Assembly: GCF_045348655.1 (NCBI RefSeq)
Contig: NZ_CP160404.1
Coordinates: 3,266,624 to 3,290,623 of the forward strand
Source of the DNA: Streptomyces solicamelliae
Lineage (GTDB): Bacteria > Actinomycetota > Actinomycetes > Streptomycetales > Streptomycetaceae
DNA length: 24,000 nt
Reading direction: 5' to 3'
Shown here: piece after piece, positions 23,161-24,000 of the stretch
Layout: each line of letters starts with the position of its first letter
How positions within the stretch are numbered: the stretch's first letter is position 1
Made by a program: the position numbers and the translations under genes
Notes under the pieces: model-generated
What the model was told of the DNA's origin: nothing
Databases searched by the model: none
The model's input: the letters and a program-made list of their open reading frames with translations, nothing else

Positions 23161-23841
23161 TTACGGCTCGAACTTGTAGCCGAGACCCCGCACCGTCACC
23201 AGGTACCGGGGCGCGCCCGGGTCCGGCTCGATCTTGGCGCGGAGGCGCTTGACGTGGACGTCGAGGGTCTTGGTGTCGCCGACGTAGTCGGCGCCCCAGA
23301 CGCGGTCGATGAGCTGCATGCGGGTGAGGACGCGGCCCGCGTTGCGCAGCAGCATCTCCAGGAGGTCGAACTCCTTCAGCGGCAGGTCGACCTTGCCGCC
23401 GGCGACCGTCACCACATGGCGGTCGACGTCCATGCGGACCGGGCCGGCCTCCAGGGCGGCGGGGGTGACCTCCTCCGGCTCCCCGCGGCGGCGCAGCACC
23501 GCGCGGATGCGGGCGACCAGCTCCCGCGAGGAGAAGGGCTTGGTCACGTAGTCGTCGGCTCCTATCTCCAGGCCGACGACCTTGTCGATCTCGCTGTCCT
23601 TGGCCGTCACCATGATGACCGGGACGTTGGAGCGCCCGCGCAGCTGGCGGCAGACCTCCGTACCGGGCAGACCCGGCAGCATCAGGTCGAGGAGGACGAG
23701 GTCGGCCCCGTTGCGCTCGAACTCGTCGAGTCCGTCGGGCCCGGTGGTCGCCACGGCGACCTCGAAGCCCTCTTTGCGGAGCATGTACGACAGGGCGTCG
23801 CTGAAGGATTCCTCATCCTCGACGACAAGCACTCGGGTCAC
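23161..23841 (-). CDS. phoP: OmpR-family response regulator PhoP (phosphate regulon)
   Basis: The 226-aa sequence reads MTRVLVVEDEESFSDALSYMLRKEGFEVAVATTGPDGLDEFERNGADLVLLDLMLPGLPGTEVCRQLR... with a winged-helix C-terminus LVTVRGLGYKF. It matches Streptomyces PhoP as I remember it. The GTG start overlaps the stop of the upstream kinase (GTGA). Confidence 0.88.
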   Translation of the reverse strand: MTRVLVVEDEESFSDALSYMLRKEGFEVAVATTGPDGLDEFERNGADLVLLDLMLPGLPGTEVCRQLRGRSNVPVIMVTAKDSEIDKVVGLEIGADDYVTKPFSSRELVARIRAVLRRRGEPEEVTPAALEAGPVRMDVDRHVVTVAGGKVDLPLKEFDLLEMLLRNAGRVLTRMQLIDRVWGADYVGDTKTLDVHVKRLRAKIEPDPGAPRYLVTVRGLGYKFEP

Positions 23842-24000
23842 GGAAGGACCTCCGGGGCAGGGAGTGGTTCGGTGGTGGTGTCGGGGGCGTGGTCGACGTC
23901 GCCGGCGCTGTCCGCGTCGGAGTCGTCGCGGTTCCGTACGGAACCCGCCTCGGGCAGTCGCAGGGTGAAGGTGGAGCCCTGACCCTCGGTGCTCCAGACC
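23838..24000 (-). CDS. phoR: Sensor histidine kinase PhoR, C-terminal end only (the gene continues beyond the window)
   Basis: The rc translation VWSTEGQGSTFTLRLPEAGSVRNRDDSDADSAGDVDHAPDTTTEPLPAPEVLP* is the end of an HATPase_c domain plus a tail. The stop TGA lies at 23838-23840 and overlaps the phoP GTG. It is absent from the ORF track because it is truncated by the window edge. Confidence 0.75.
   Translation of the reverse strand, partial: VWSTEGQGSTFTLRLPEAGSVRNRDDSDADSAGDVDHAPDTTTEPLPAPEVLP

Overview
High-GC actinobacterial DNA with Streptomyces-type gene content and synteny. Most long ORFs in the six-frame track are antisense or out-of-frame GC artefacts (Arg/Pro/Gly-rich). I accept about 24 CDS.

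Left third (1-8300): a secreted GlcG/HbpS-like gene lies divergent from a NarL-type sensor kinase/response regulator pair, the HbpS-SenS-SenR arrangement. Next come two small translationally coupled unknown genes, an FAD oxidoreductase, an MDR quinone oxidoreductase behind a textbook SoxR-box promoter, a GNAT acetyltransferase and a DAO-family FAD oxidoreductase.

Middle (8300-12550): a small accessory islet between core genes. It holds a monocistronic ~713-aa coiled-coil / Mrr-type nuclease / TerD-domain fusion, then tRNA-Thr(UGU), then a solo IS605-family tnpB with an intact RuvC triad. The right end of that element abuts msiK. The fusion protein is the best candidate for something uncharacterised.

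Right half (12550-24000): core genes. These are msiK, a small secreted protein, an NDP-sugar nucleotidyltransferase, a DoxX-type membrane protein and rlmB-cysS-ispF-ispD-carD, followed by an LpqE-like lipoprotein, phoP and the 3' end of phoR. The rlmB-to-lipoprotein order matches M. tuberculosis Rv3579c-Rv3584.

Non-genic structure: two intergenic tandem-repeat arrays (25-bp and 23-bp units with a shared GTACG core), a 9-bp tandem repeat, a degenerate ~95-bp duplicate of the phoP 3' end, and several strong intrinsic-terminator hairpins. No CRISPR array and no rRNA.
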